Assembly (NCBI RefSeq): GCF_000150275.1
Contig: NW_002060948.1
Location: forward strand, 2,782,180-2,846,179
Direction of reading: 5' to 3'
DNA: 64,000 nt
From: Trichoplax adhaerens
Lineage: Eukaryota; Animalia; Placozoa
The notes below the pieces were generated by a model. That model was not told the origin of the DNA, made no database searches, and saw only the letters and a list, made by a program, of their open reading frames with translations. This document shows positions 1-13,575 of the stretch, piece by piece; position 1 is the stretch's first letter; each line of letters opens with the position of its first letter. Made by a program: the position numbers and the translations under genes.

Positions 1-1745
1 GTAGCAGGGACTACTAAAGAGACGTATCATGCCGGCAGCCACAGCACCCGATATTTGTTTTAGCTTACACCATGCTGTCGATCATGTCTCGACTCTTGGC
101 TATCATTGCAAATAGGGTTATTATAATATCACTAGAACAATAGCAGTCTATTGATGGTAAGGATAGCCGATGGGAATATTCTACAGGTATTGATTGATTA
201 TAATGTGTTATCGGAACATATCGAATATTATCGATTACAATAGGAACAAGACAATATGCGATATAGTCAGTACTCGTAAATAGACATGGAACATTATTAC
301 ATATCATGAAGAGTTCAAGACAACAAAAGTGCAAGGGGCAGCATGACAATCAAACTGTTCCCAGGTTATGGTAATTATTTTGGTCTTGTAGACATTCGGA
401 TGGGATTTATATCACAGGCATCGGCTATTAGAAATGGCCATTCCTGTTAGTAGGGACTACTCAACTAAAGTGTTCCCGTCTGGAGGATGAATGCAAATAT
501 TAATTGAGACAGGGAATAGAGTGAAATTTTTAACTGAGTTGTCGCTGTTGTTAGTCTGTTCATTCTAGGTGGTGTTATTTTTTTTTACTATGCGCATATA
601 TACCGTATATTGTCTACTGGCCTTGCTTTGTAGTGTTTTCGTATGTCAACACTGTTTCGTGTTAATTACGATATATCATTGGTACTGATACTAAACTGTT
701 TTGTTGATTGATACTGGAACCTTAGTTTTAACGTGTGTTATACTGTAATTGATACTAGGCTGTTTTGTTAATTAATTTGCATTATAATTACATAATAGAA
801 TCTTAGTTTTAACGGTATGATCTGCAAATGTTTACTAGATAACATGATGCAGTATAAATTGCAGCTTACCACTGAACATACTGTATAATATCCTAAATAT
901 GAAGATTAGCATGGATGGTGCATATCGCATATCGGTAGATTATAATACTGTACTTTTGTCTCTTGAATATCCCCACGTAAATTTGCAGTTGGATAGGGCA
1001 TATAGTAGGTAGTGTACTTGCACTACAGACTAGGACTGCGTTAAAATCAGATATATTTCATGGTTAGTAGCAGTTTCGTTGCTGATATTGTCTATATTGT
1101 CTTATCTTCCCTTATTTATTGTATCCTCATTTACAGCATGTCCTCTCAACTATAAAAGAAGGCAAAGTTCTCTGCTCTCTACTTTACTATCCTGCTTAAG
1201 TTAATTCTCATACATATTTATCTGTTCTCTAACGAAATATCCAATACCAGGATTTTATTATACGTAGAATTTTACTTTAATCTGACCCTATTTTGGACAC
1301 TGATCAGATAATGATAAGTGATAGCCATGATTAGAAGGAGGGAGGCCCAACTACTATTAAAAAATAAATTTCCGTTTTAAGATGTGAGTAAACATTGTGT
1401 ATCCGTTAATTTTTAATTAAGGAAATTTATTGCATTATTAGCAGTTTACAGGATTAAAAAGTCATTATGATAGCGTGTTTTATATTAAAAATATGTTCTA
1501 TTTACTTTTGCCTTGCTTAGTTACGTTATGAAAATATCAGAGAGTATTGAAGCAGTACGCATCATCAATAAAACTGCTTTAGCTGGACGTATCACCACAT
1601 TCTTCTATATCAGCCCACTTTTCTTCGCGTACAGTTGCAAATGAAAATTTTCGCTAATTCCTTAATACATATACTATGATTTGTAATCATATTGAAAAAT
1701 TTTTTAATAATTCCGTAGCAAATGTTAGTAATTTTTACACGTATT

Positions 1746-3866
1746 TTATAGTTTCGGTTGCAGTGTCGATGAGTTTGCAAGGTAAAAGCAAGCACGGCAA
1801 GCAGTTTCATTATTCTTAGCATATCGAATATCGAAATTTAAATTAGAAGAATTATCTTGCCATGTCTCAATAATCACTTCTTCTGCTCTTCTTACTTGCT
1901 TTACATAAACGATATCAATTTGGTAAATACTCTGAGGATTGAAGTCATTTAAATGATAAAGCCGATATGCTGACGACCGATTTCTGATTGCTAGACTGGC
2001 AGCATCTAAGCAATACGTGACATAAACAGCATTAGTAACGTGGCTATAAGTGTCAATTTCGCATTCTCTCGGACGTATGACATGGCTAAAGGTATTATGC
2101 GATTTCTTCACAAAAGGAATTATCTGTAATTTTAAGAATGGGAAATATTATAAATTTTAACCTATACGTGAACCTGCCATAAATTAGCGTAAGCTGGTAA
2201 TTTAAATATGCGTATAATTAGTTAATGACAAAGTACCCTACCTTACATTTTATCATTGCTCATTTATTACGCTTAATGTAATGCTAACTCTATTGCCTAC
2301 TGTACCTTATTCGGCATTTTCTGCCCTTCTACTAATTTTGCGTATTTGTTGGCAAAATTTGCATGTAGAGGTCTTGGTTTAAGATGCTGCGTAAATACCA
2401 GTGCCGTTAGTATATCCATCAGATGTTCTTTTGGTTTATGTCTTGCTGTTACTAGGTGGCGTATCGAAAAGGATGATTTTCCAATAGCTAACAGTTTTAA
2501 ATATACGTCTACATCCGATTTTTTTTCAAGATTATAAACGTTAGGTTTTATTCTTATTCGGTGAGAGGCTATAACTGCACCATAATTGGCACGCCAGAAA
2601 AATTGGTCCCAATCCATGAAGCCTTCGAGCCATGAAGCAATACGTAATTCACCTATAATGCGTAACATTTTACCAAGATCGCAGTTGCGAAATCTGTCTC
2701 TATAATAGCCCAATTGAGGACAAAGAATTTGAACCTCTAATGGATTTAGCGGGGAAATTTTCAGCTCTGGCTTTAATCTGCGACTTGTACTGACTGTATT
2801 ACTTGGGTCTAAATCAATTTGAAATATCATCGTAGACGCTGTTTTATCTTGACTGTCGTCAATCACCTTACACCAAATTATTCCATCGCCAGTATATAAT
2901 TGTATGTCTATAGTAAGTTTTTGGCATCGTACTAGTGTCGAATTGATTTCGATTTGTACACTTCTGATTTTAGTTAACCATTCTGGTCTCAATACAGCTA
3001 GAAAATCGGAATTTGCTGAAATTGCTTGTTGAATACCGTCTATGCAATAATTAATATAGTTTGTAACTTCAACATAGCAACCGTCTTCACCAATTTCACT
3101 GGGCCTGGTAACGGTAACTGTTCGATAAGATACATAGTTGTGATTGGATGCCAAACTTGTACTAGGGATTTTTTTCTAAAAATTGAATTCTTGATTTTAG
3201 TGGCAAATACATTCTGATAATATATAATTTATTTCAATTTTAATTCAGTTTTACGAATGCAATGCACTGTGAAGTACAGTATAACAGGTCTATCAAATAG
3301 TAATACTATCTGTTAAATGAGCACATTATCGTAAACCGTCAGCAAAGCGACGGGAGTTTGCACTAGTCTCCCCGAAAAGAGCATAAGGTATGTAGTCATG
3401 ATATACGTATAGTACTGTAATTCAGTTCCAAGGTTACCTGCGAAGCATCTTCTAGAGCAGACTTTACTTCCATTGGGATTGACCTGGCTCTATTTTGGTT
3501 ATGAACATAGCCTGTAGCATTCGCTTTACATATCAAATCACCACTTGTTGCAGAAGTGACGCAAATTTGAGAAGTTATAGTAGTTTCCGTTGCAGAAATA
3601 AAACTGCACTGAGCCGAATATTGGGTACCGATACCGATATTAAAATAGGCCTTGCCAAGTTGCAGTTTTAACCCTGTAATATCGACGCGGTATTGTCCGT
3701 CAACAATCATACCTTCCATCATTTCCTTGGTTGACCATACAATATAGTGTATCAAATTAACGAGGTATGGTGTACGATTTACGTCCAGTAATTTGCCTAG
3801 AACAAATACCTCTGTTTGGGAATTGGTTATGAAACGGCGAACCATTCCCTGATGATTTCTTTCCAT
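1746..3866 (-). CDS. Four-domain (tandem double) hot-dog fold thioesterase-like protein, acyl-ACP/acyl-CoA thioesterase-like, ~558 aa; exons 3866-3438, 3175-2306, 2123-1746
   Basis: Three ORF-track fragments join in frame through phase-0 GT-AG introns: CAG|GTAACC at 3438, TTTAG| at 3175, AAG|GTACAG at 2306 and TTACAG| at 2123. Only the first fragment starts with ATG. The last domain has the thioesterase-type motif RECEIDTYSHVTNAVY, and the third has IGKSSF...KPRPL, typical of hot-dog domains. Confidence 0.8.
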
Positions 3867-4219
3867 ACTTGTAATGTAATATGATGTAAGTTAGTCGACA
3901 ATATTATAGGTATAAAATTCCAACGCCAATGTTCTGTATTAAAACATTGAAACCGTCTGATTTCCAGCTCATATGATTCAGATTTTGTTGTACAGCACAG
4001 AACTCAAGCCAACAATATACAAGTACAGTATAAACAAGTCGATAATTTATGATTCCAAGTGGTTCAGCAGGCTTATTAAAACGATTTATCGGCTTTGCAC
4101 TCTGATGAATAAAATATGGGACTTTTATTAATTTAATTTAATAAGGATTTAAAGGATTGATGACCGTAATTTACTTGTACCATACAAATCTACGCGTAAG
4201 TAGTCCATCACAAGCGTCT

Positions 4220-4400
4220 AGTGTACTGTACAGTCAGACCTGATACACTAGACTAGGCGACTACCGCCTACCGGTAGTAGTGTGTGTACAGTCCATGATA
4301 CTTTACAGTACAGTACACTGTAGACTTTAGACCTTGATCAGTTTATGAGAAGTTGTTACAGTGCAGTTGCGCTACAGTACAGTAGTCAGTGACTGTAAGC
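4220..4400. repeat. Degenerate TACAG/CTGTA-rich patch upstream of the thioesterase gene
   Basis: Contains gtgtactgtacagt, acagtacagtacactgta and tacagtacagtag. Confidence 0.6.
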
Positions 4401-4986
4401 GAACATTGAATTAATTCGCGCAGCCGCTATCGCAGTTGCGTTTAAACTTGTGGTTGCCGTATTAAAACAACAAAGGTATACGACGTTGATAGTGTGCAGA
4501 TTAGTTTATTTCTGAGGGACGTGATTTGGAATATCTTGAAATAGCATAAGGCAAGCAAATGCAAATCTCGAAGAGTCATGAAACAATCAACAGTAAATAG
4601 GATAGAATTAGGCTGATTGGTTTATACCAACATTGAAACGCGATTCATCCTTCATTTTACAATTAATAACAAGCATTTGTCGCTTTATCGATAGATACGC
4701 ATAAGTAGTTAACCCTGTGCGAAGTCTAATACAGTATATAAAGTTAGTTGAATTAATTCGATTGTAATTATTGCAATCTACGGGTAAAATGCATTACTGT
4801 AGTCGCATACAGCATCGGTATAATCTTCATAGCATACCCGTTAGAGGTCTGCAAAAATCTCATTATTTCTATCCTGTTTCTATTACCAAGTACAGTACAA
4901 ATAATCTATGCAGTGTTGCGACAGGACGTAAAAATGGCAATCTTTATCGATTGGTTGAAGTGCTCTAAACATAGCAACCTCAGCAT

Positions 4987-5676
4987 TTATGCTTTTTTGG
5001 CTTCCTGAACTTCCTTCTGGAATTGGTAAACAATTTCATGAGCATCTTCGTAAATACTGCCTAGATTAGATTTAATATTTTGCACCCATTTTGCTACTTT
5101 CGGTCGGCCTTGGGCAACATCATAGTCAACAATGATCAATTGACTAAATTCACACACGGCTAGTAAATCGGCAATTGAGATACTGTTGCTATTGATATAC
5201 TCGCTATCTTTCAAAAAGTAGCTTTCAATGAAATCGGCTGTTTTATTTAGCTTATCGACAGCTTCTTGACGTTCCTTTTCGTCCACTTTCTTGTTAAAAA
5301 ATCGAGGACCAAGATAGGCCAAACGAAACAAACCAATGCATGATGATCGAGTATTAGAGTGATGCCACGACATGTACTCGTTAATCCTTGCTCGTTTCGC
5401 TAAGTCAGCTGGGTACCAATGATCAGATACCTTATACTGATCTGCGACATATTTTAAGATAGCATCGCTTTCAAATAATTGCACCTGAGAATCTTTAATC
5501 ACCGGTAGGTAACGTTGAGGATTAATGGCTGCTAATTCGTCTGATTTTCTATAAGCACCTGAGAACAATGACAGTACTCTTCCTTCATAAGAGATCTTAT
5601 TGGCGTTCAAAAACATCAACACCGAGCGACATGGCTGAGAGATAGCGTCGTAGTAATATATAAGATTGGATGCCAT
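4987..5676 (-). CDS. GSTT: Glutathione S-transferase, theta class (intronless, 229 aa)
   Basis: N-terminal YYDAISQPCRSV (theta-class catalytic Ser motif), INP..LP.I.D...LFESDAILKY, HWYPADLAKRARINEYMSWHH and SIADL motifs. Confidence 0.93.
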   Translation of the reverse strand: MASNLIYYYDAISQPCRSVLMFLNANKISYEGRVLSLFSGAYRKSDELAAINPQRYLPVIKDSQVQLFESDAILKYVADQYKVSDHWYPADLAKRARINEYMSWHHSNTRSSCIGLFRLAYLGPRFFNKKVDEKERQEAVDKLNKTADFIESYFLKDSEYINSNSISIADLLAVCEFSQLIIVDYDVAQGRPKVAKWVQNIKSNLGSIYEDAHEIVYQFQKEVQEAKKA

Positions 5677-5752
5677 TATTGGATGCTATTTGGACGTTTC
5701 CTTTGCTCACGTTGTGTTGCTTAGTGGCTGTGCGCGTAGTTTTAGTGTCTCT

Positions 5753-5759
5753 ATTTATA
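5753..5759 (-). promoter_or_regulatory. Putative TATA box of the GST gene
   Basis: TATAAAT on the minus strand about 80 nt upstream of the GST ATG. Confidence 0.45.
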
Positions 5760-5939
5760 AGCTCAGGATGAAAACACGTCTAGAACATGAAATGCTTTGT
5801 TTGTTCTAAGTAGAAAGAAAAATAGGCAAGTCATGATCACGTGAACTTAATTTAATCCAATCGATTGATAGTTTGACTGAATTTGATTGACTACATTTGA
5901 TTTTGATATAATTGCAGAGATCAATCTTAGCTTACACAG

Positions 5940-6050
5940 CTGTACTGCACAGTACTGTACTGTACTGTACATTATGACTAGAAATAAGAACTCTTTGCAA
6001 TCGTGCTTGAAAATAGCATTACTTTGATTACAGTACTGTACTGTATAGTT
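5940..6050. repeat. (CTGTA)n patch upstream of GST
   Basis: Contains tgtactgcacagtactgtactgtactgtac and cagtactgtactgtat. Confidence 0.75.
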
Positions 6051-6119
6051 ATAACAGTTTACAGAATCACACAACAGCCGTATCGCTACAATGCTACAAT
6101 CAGCACTTTTGTACTGCAA

Positions 6120-6148
6120 GCCAAGCCAAGGCCAGGCCAGGCCAGGCC
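6120..6148. repeat. (GGCCA)n-like GC-rich short tandem repeat
   Basis: gccaagccaaggccaggccaggccaggcc. Confidence 0.7.
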
Positions 6149-6519
6149 TGCGAATATCAATACAATAAAATGTTGTTTTTGCTCACGCTAGCTCTCAACA
6201 TTCAAAGTATCGTAGTGATTTTGCATTCTAAAGACTGCTGCGCAGAGTGCAGCGTTGCAAAATAAGAATATCGTCAGCTCGACCGAGCTCGATTGTCTGC
6301 AAACAATGATACTGTAAATAAATACTGTTCTTTTAGTTAATTTGCTCTAGAACTGCTGTTGGGATATTGTGCAGTTTTTGGCATCATTTCCAGAGCTCTG
6401 CTACTGGCTGAAACTTGCATAGAGATGAAAGATTTTGTAGAATGATCAGTCAAGCTGCTAGAGATGAGCTGGTCGACTTACTTTTTTTCAGGCCATTTTA
6501 CTATGCGTATTCGCTGCAA

Positions 6520-7055
6520 CTGTACAGTATAGTACAGTACAGTACATGTACGCGTATGTACACTGTACTGTACAGTGACTCGTACAGTATCCACTGGCGT
6601 TTTGGTCTTAAGCACGAAGACGAACCAGCTTCGCAAGATGGCCTTGATAGATCACAATGTGCCTGTATATTATACATGTGTGTTAGCGTATTGGGTTCAG
6701 AATCCTTTCTCTGTGTAGCAATCTATCTCCCTCTCTACCTTGTACCTGACGAACTCAGAGTAATAAAGTTCTCTTGTCTGAAACAGCTCTCTCTCTCTCG
6801 TCTCAGTAGAAAGACATTATTATTTTTAGGGAAAATTAATGATATACCCTTCTTTAATTTTTACCTTTAATTTTCCCTTATTTTTACAGGCCAGGCCACT
6901 CGGGCCTTACAGTACAGTACGGTACTGTACAATATGTACTGTAGACCAGAGTCACTCAACTAAATAGTACTGTACTGTAGCTACAGTATATTATACTGTA
7001 CAGTATATACTGTACTGTATGATAGCTGTTCAGCAGTCCTCTCTGCAGTACTGTA
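6520..7055. repeat. Two TACAG/CTGTA patches (6520-6590, 6905-7055) upstream of FBXO42
   Basis: Direct reading of degenerate pentamer runs in both orientations. Confidence 0.75.
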
Positions 7056-7170
7056 GGTTGATTCATTGCTGATGCCACTTGATCGTCTTACCTCGACAAC
7101 GATTTGATTACAAGGAAGAAGCCACATTATTGACTATTGCTGTATACAATTTTACTTGCTTATTAGCAGG

Positions 7171-9518
7171 ATGGAAAACTTACCTGAAGAAATACTGGAA
7201 CGTATTCTTTCGTACTTATCGCCTTACGATGATATGCTGTCAGCTGCGCAAGTTTGTGTACAATGGTCAAGATTAGTCAATGGAATCCGTAGTCAACGTT
7301 GGCGTCGATTTTATCAACAAATTGTCAATGCTTATCCAAAAGTAACTACTGTCGCTGTCGCCAAAGGTAGTTTCTATCGTAGACAAAGGGACTGTACCGT
7401 ATATATATAGAGAGAGAGAGAGAAGAGTACATGAAAATACTACCTACTACAGTAGTGGGCTACTATTATATTACACAATACGAGTACCAATAAACTTAAA
7501 CTTTAAATTCAGTATACTGTGTAGTGAAACTTCGACTTCACTCTTATTACTGTAGTTGATCTTATTAGTTTACATCTGTGGATGCATTCACAGTTACTTA
7601 CATCAGGATCAACCTGAATCGACAACTCTTCCAACTGACATCGTTGTTTTTACTCTGTTTTCTTGTAGATAAACCACTCGACAGCCAACGTCGTAGCTGG
7701 CAGCGTCCTCCATCCAATATAGGTAAGTTTTTACAATTGTACGTATGACGATGATGTTTGGAATACTATACTATACAGTACTACAATGATACCGCTGTAT
7801 CCTTCTATCTTTAGCCATAATACGTAATTATGTTTAGCTGTTAAACTTACCTTGATATCATAATTACTTGAATTAAAGCGCTTAAAGGATGACATCATAA
7901 TGATCGTTTCGTTATCGTAGTGATGCTACTTTATGCTTGATATTGATATACTGTAAATTATATTATAATATATATAATTAATCAGATAAGGCCTAATTAA
8001 CTATTGCTGTTGATGCTACGTAAGATAATCTGTGTAATATGAAACATCTTGATTTATTAATTAGTTAGGCTAACCAACACTGTAAGGAATCGGTACAAGG
8101 ATTCAGCATGTTACTACAAGGACAGTGTGTATATCTTTGGAGGCATATCAATGAGTGATCAAACTGCCTTCAATGATTTGCACAGATTTGATTTACGAAA
8201 TCGTTGTTGGTCTAATTCAACGTTAATTACAAAAGGTACTAAGCCTTTACCACGTGGAAGTGCGTCTATGGTTAGACATGATTACAGATTGATATTGTTT
8301 GGAGGTTATTGCCCTAGCACACATCACCTCGCCCATAATGACTTTTCAGAACTTTATAGATTCTACAATGATTTATTCGTATATGACCCTCTCACTTCGA
8401 CTTGGACTGAAATAAAAATTACTCCTTGTAATATCCCTCAAGAGAGAGCGAGTCATTCTGCAGTAGTAATTGGACATAGTATGATTATTTTTGGTGGAAT
8501 TAGTAAGCGCACCTCGTAAGTTGGAATAAGAGTATTGAAAAAAAAATAGTGAACATTGTTATCGACAGTTATTTATTCTTTACAATGTATAAATAGAATT
8601 TACTTATGATTTACTAGAGGATTACAGTCCCCTCTAATTCAGCGTATAAAATTGACTAAGCTTAATTTATGATAGCCCTTTCTTTGATATGTCGTCTTAA
8701 TATTGCTAATGTATGATCATTGCTTAATTTTGAAATAATTAGTAAATATGTGCTATTTTGTAGATTTAATGATGTATGGATATTAGATCTCAGAACTTTT
8801 ACTTGGCAACAACTGAAAATAGATGGTATAACACCATGTCCACGAGGTGGCCACTCACAGGTTTTATTAAGATAGCTTAGAAAAAATATTTACTAAATAC
8901 GCTGTTAATTCTTGTTGAAACATCATTATTCTTTCTATCGCTATTTTTGACAAGATTGTCGTCGATGAGAAGAGAATAGCAATTATTGGTGGACAGAAGC
9001 GCCTTGGAGAACATTTCGAGGTAGTATTATTGCACAAAATTATAATTTTTACAGAATTGAAGTCGAATTTGATTCGATCCTGCATTTTATTGATATGCCA
9101 ATATCATTATTAGTCTTTAACAGATATTTGGTTGCTAGATATCGTTCAACAAAGATGGCAAAAAATAAAAGTAATAAATGAAAATTGGATGGCACCCGAT
9201 ATTTGGTATCATCCTGCTGTAAAAATTAATAATATTGTTGTTATTTTTAGTAATCTAATTTCAACGCTGTCTGCGGGTGTAAACGCTGTAAATAATACGT
9301 TCAATTTCGATGTTACATTAAATTCTATATCAAATTTACATATGTTCATTCTGGATTTTAGTAATTTGCAAAATGAAAAAGTAACTTTTGAAGTTACTTG
9401 GCGACAACCTATCGCTTTACCAGTTACGTCTAATAAGGCACATTGTAGCGTGTTATGTCGGAGTGAAATATTTCTATTTAGCTCATCGAATGAAGAAACG
9501 TTATATATTATCAGTTGA
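7171..9518 (+). CDS. FBXO42: F-box/Kelch-repeat protein, FBXO42-like, ~422 aa; exons 7171-7366, 7669-7722, 8065-8515, 8764-8860, 8955-9020, 9114-9518
   Basis: F-box MENLPEEILERILSYLSPY..., followed by Kelch repeats (SACYY..VYIFGG, FNDL, LILFGG, RASHSAVVIGHSMIIFGG, FNDVWILDL, PRGGHSQ). All six exons join in frame with GT-AG boundaries. Confidence 0.85.
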
Positions 9519-10556
9519 TTTATTGTCTTAAAGGATCATTCATTAATTTCTTACTTTATTGTATGATTATTTATATATGTTACATATTGTAAAGATTTGG
9601 ATTTAATTTTACTTCCTTCATAATGTGCGTAATGTATTATCGCGGTTACATACCGATATCAGCAGAAATATCTTTCTATTATATAATTCATACGAGTGTA
9701 CCAAAGCAATTTAAAGAATCTTTTATTTAACTAGAATAATGAAGTTACGTAATATGTTGGGAATTGTTTGATGTATTTTGATAAACTTGTTATTGAAATT
9801 TGATTACTAATAAATTGTTTACTAAATTCTAAAATGGATTTTTAAGAACACTCTCACTGGCGATTGAGTGCATTCATGAGCTAAAAGTTCATATTTACAT
9901 TGCCAATTCTCCATGATTACGGAAGTGTTAGAGTCAAGAAGAGTCTTTCATTAGACTATTATTCCAAGGATTAGTGCAATGCAATATTTTCTTAACATGG
10001 CATACACATACACGTACACACAGGAATGAAATAACGCTAACAATTTATTAATATAGATCGTCGATACAACTTCAATTATCTAACACACACTTCTTCGTGT
10101 AGCGCCTTTCCAGCCATGCTAATGACTATTTTAGAGAGGTTATACGGATTACATAGAAGTTAAAGCTGCAGTATGTATTCGCAGTTATCGCGAGTTTATC
10201 GTTTAATAACGAATGCAAGTACAGTAATATGCAATTACTGATAATAATGGCTACATTTTTTAAATTACATGTGCGAAAGCTTTAACCAATTCTACGAATA
10301 ATAATTGAATAAGTTATTTTGATGCGGTTCATGCTAACCAAACGTTGTAGATCTAATTTTTAAAAGTTATACTAAAAGGTGATTTTATATAGCAATTATG
10401 CCTATGTTAGTAAATCGTATTCCTTCATAGCTGTTACTATAGCAAGCTTGCTGTTTATTTACCAAGATATCAAATGATGCCATTGTGCAAATTATGGTCA
10501 CACTAATTGATAACCGATTTTAAACAGCAAACTATTCCGTAGAAAAATATCAGTTA

Positions 10557-12686
10557 TTATTCGGCATCTGTGATAGTATTTTTGTCTCCGGATACAGAAT
10601 CAACCCAGTCAAGTAGCGGTATCTCACGTTTGCCTGTGATAATGTGATCAATAGCAGCATACTGTGCAGCTCTCTTCTCAAATTCATGGGATACAGTCCA
10701 AGTTAAATCGTGCTCTAGACGATAGGACTCGATAAATTCATGCGGACAACCTGTTCCCCATTCCTGTTGTATGTATAAATGTAAATTAATTGATTAGTAT
10801 TGTAACACAGTATCCCGAATGAGTCATTTATCATGTAATACTGTAGTAAACAAAGAACGCATAAGCTGTAAATGGAGATAGAGCATTAAATATGGGATAA
10901 TGGTCAAACATTAAGGTAAGAAATATTGAGTGTGTACCTCAGGCGATAACATAGAAAAATAGGTAGTTCCATCGGGTTTTTCATAAAGGTAATAGATTTT
11001 ACCAGGGCGCTTTACAAAGTTGCATTGAGCGTAGTGCAGCTGTTTATCCCGTTTTGCGACTTTTAAAACCTTTATTAAGGAGAACATGTTAGTCTAGTTA
11101 GAATATGCAGAATTTCCTTTAAATGTTTCAATAAATTTTAATGCATAATAACATAATTTGAAAATACACTAAAGTCGATCTAGACATAAAGAGTATACGT
11201 AATAAGCATGTTAGATCGAAAGACTCGAACATTTCGAAGATAAACATTACTGTTACATCCTGCATTAACTGTAGTAAATTTTAGTATGCATTATTGCATT
11301 TGGTAGAATTTTGCGAGTCGACTTTTATCAGAGCAGCTTATGCGCGTAGCTTCCGTAAGATAGATACTATGTCCCTGAATGCGTCATAGTAAAAGGTTTT
11401 ACATTTACGCTGTATCATAGTGACTGTTATACCTCCATGCCGATGGAAGCAGTGACAGCGTAGTTTTTAAAACTTTGAGCTTTAGTTTCTCATACAAGGT
11501 AGTAACGTAGGCTAGAGTTATTAAAGTTTAAGTACACATTTATCACTCCTCTATCAAAAAGTGCAATTTTTTTTCTTTCTATTATTACGGATTTGATATA
11601 TTGATCAGTTTTTATCAAACATAATCGTACTTTGCAACTAAAACTTTGGGTTATTATTACCTTGTCACATGATAATTGATACGTACTAATGCAAACCTTA
11701 AACAACATATGCATGCAGTACAATCAGTAGAGCTTTCCGACTTAAAACACTAGTGTATATACACTGATTTTTGAACTTGTACTTTACCCAATTCCATGGA
11801 TAGCTTAGGATTGGAACCAGCGATAATTAATCGGTATCAAACATGAATCTTGTTCATACTATTCGTTTAAAAATCAATTATACTGGCATAGCTGCCCAAT
11901 TTCAGTACTCAATCATATTTAGAAAATCCTGGTTCAGAGTTTACTGGTATAATATACTTTGAAATCTCGGATTCAACCATCAGGCTGCCAATTCGAAACT
12001 ACTTACGAGTAATTATATCCAATTTATGGAGGCAAATGCCTGCATGGAGGGGTAAACAATTATTTCTAGATATTCTTATATGTAGTTCAAAATTGCGAAG
12101 GGTAAAACTTGTAAATCTTGACTCTTGCTACCTGAGTGTTGATTTCGCAATGCAGTTCAGTATCATCGTAAGTATATATATATATATAAGACTGTGTAGA
12201 AATATAGTAATTACACCTTTTTACCCCCTCGATGCCAACATTTACTTTTTGAACAGTACTGTACAGTATAGGATAAAATGAGTAAATGAAGGATTTGAAG
12301 ATCGACGTTGAATTGTAGTACAAGTGTATCAGGTTGTTCCTAGCTACTGATAATGTGATATAATATGGACCCAAGTACTATTGGAAAAGTATTTTCTTTA
12401 ATTTGACTTTAGGAAAGAGTAGAAATGATATTACCTCTCTGGCTTGCATTTGCAAATGTCGTATTTGATCGGCGATAAGCATTAATTTATGTGAGGCTCC
12501 CGCATTGACCATGTCATCGCCCCTTTGAACTTCACGAGCCAAAACGACGAGATCCATTGGGTCATGCCGTTTTCTTACTTTATTAGGATTGACCATTAGT
12601 CTAGCCGCTTCATCGTTCAGAGTAAGTTGTTGTGAATCAGGTGAATCATCACGGATTTCGAAGATTTTCGTGTCTAGTCGAGCCAT
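10557..12686 (-). CDS. C1orf50: C1orf50 homolog (DUF2452), ~196 aa; exons 12686-12435, 11069-10938, 10763-10557
   Basis: Motifs [62 protein letters not shown] and [10 protein letters not shown]. Both introns are phase 0. Confidence 0.9.
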
Positions 12687-12819
12687 ATTAGCAAAATGGA
12701 GTAGCAAAGTATTGGATTCTAGAGAATGTTTTCGATGGCTGTAGTTATTACCACTGCCAGTGGGGTATGCTAAGAGCAGTGTTGCGTGGTAGGAGGAGTT
12801 GCTGCTATTCCGGTATGTC

Positions 12820-13110
12820 CATTGTACACTATCATACCGTACAGGTATTTTTTTCTTAATTTTCTTAACCTTGGAAGACTACAGTACAATACTGTACAGT
12901 GTACGTACTGTAGGGTACGAGTACAGTACAGTACAGTACAGTACACACTGATGACAGAGTACAATGTACAGTACACTGCAGACTACAGTCCTGTACGTAT
13001 TGTACAGTGTACAGTACAGTACAGTATGCTAGAGGACTACAGGCTACAGTACAGTACACGACACTCTACTGTACAGTACAGTACACCACAGACTGTACAG
13101 TACTGTACAA
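12820..13110. repeat. (TACAG)n degenerate array upstream of C1orf50
   Basis: Runs such as gtacagtacagtacagtacagtac. Source of spurious YSTVQ/TVLYC ORFs. Confidence 0.9.
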
Positions 13111-13575
13111 TATGATTATTTTCGATGTCTCCTCTTCGTTAAAAAATTAAAGTTGTATTCCGTTGAAATTCCTGTATAGTATTTATATATACCCATAAAA
13201 GCATATCTCCCAAGATAGATTATCATGATAACATGAACGTACTATGTCAATAGATGGCAAAAAAAATCGTTTTAATGGCGGACCGTTATTTTTACTTAAA
13301 TAAGAACCAAGTTGGCATTCCTGAGCTATTAGGCTACAACCAGATATAGAATTTATCTAGTTTGGGTCTGATTTAGCCTATACAATTATATGTTTTCGGG
13401 GTGCCATCGAAAATAATCACTCTCAGGGTGGACGGGCTAATTTCTATGATTTTTGTGAAGGTAAATGTAAACAATATTTTTGATTTCGTCAATAGATTTT
13501 ATATGAAACGAAAGAGAATAAGTTAAATTACAAGAATCCGTTGTCAGAATCACTATACATCATTTCTGTTCTCAT

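Noticed and set aside
1-650. Slightly GC-richer segment with splice-like signals and ORF 65-349
   Set aside because: The candidate exon (~64-156) has stops in all three frames and no motif. It may be UTR or a repeat edge but cannot be supported.
2297-3154. 285-aa ORF as an independent or nested gene
   Set aside because: It starts at TTG with an in-frame acceptor 21 nt upstream and a donor just before its stop, so it is better explained as exon 2 of the thioesterase gene.
6415-6870. 151-aa ORF in the GST/FBXO42 divergent region
   Set aside because: TTG start, runs through TACAG and CT repeats, and has no recognisable motif.
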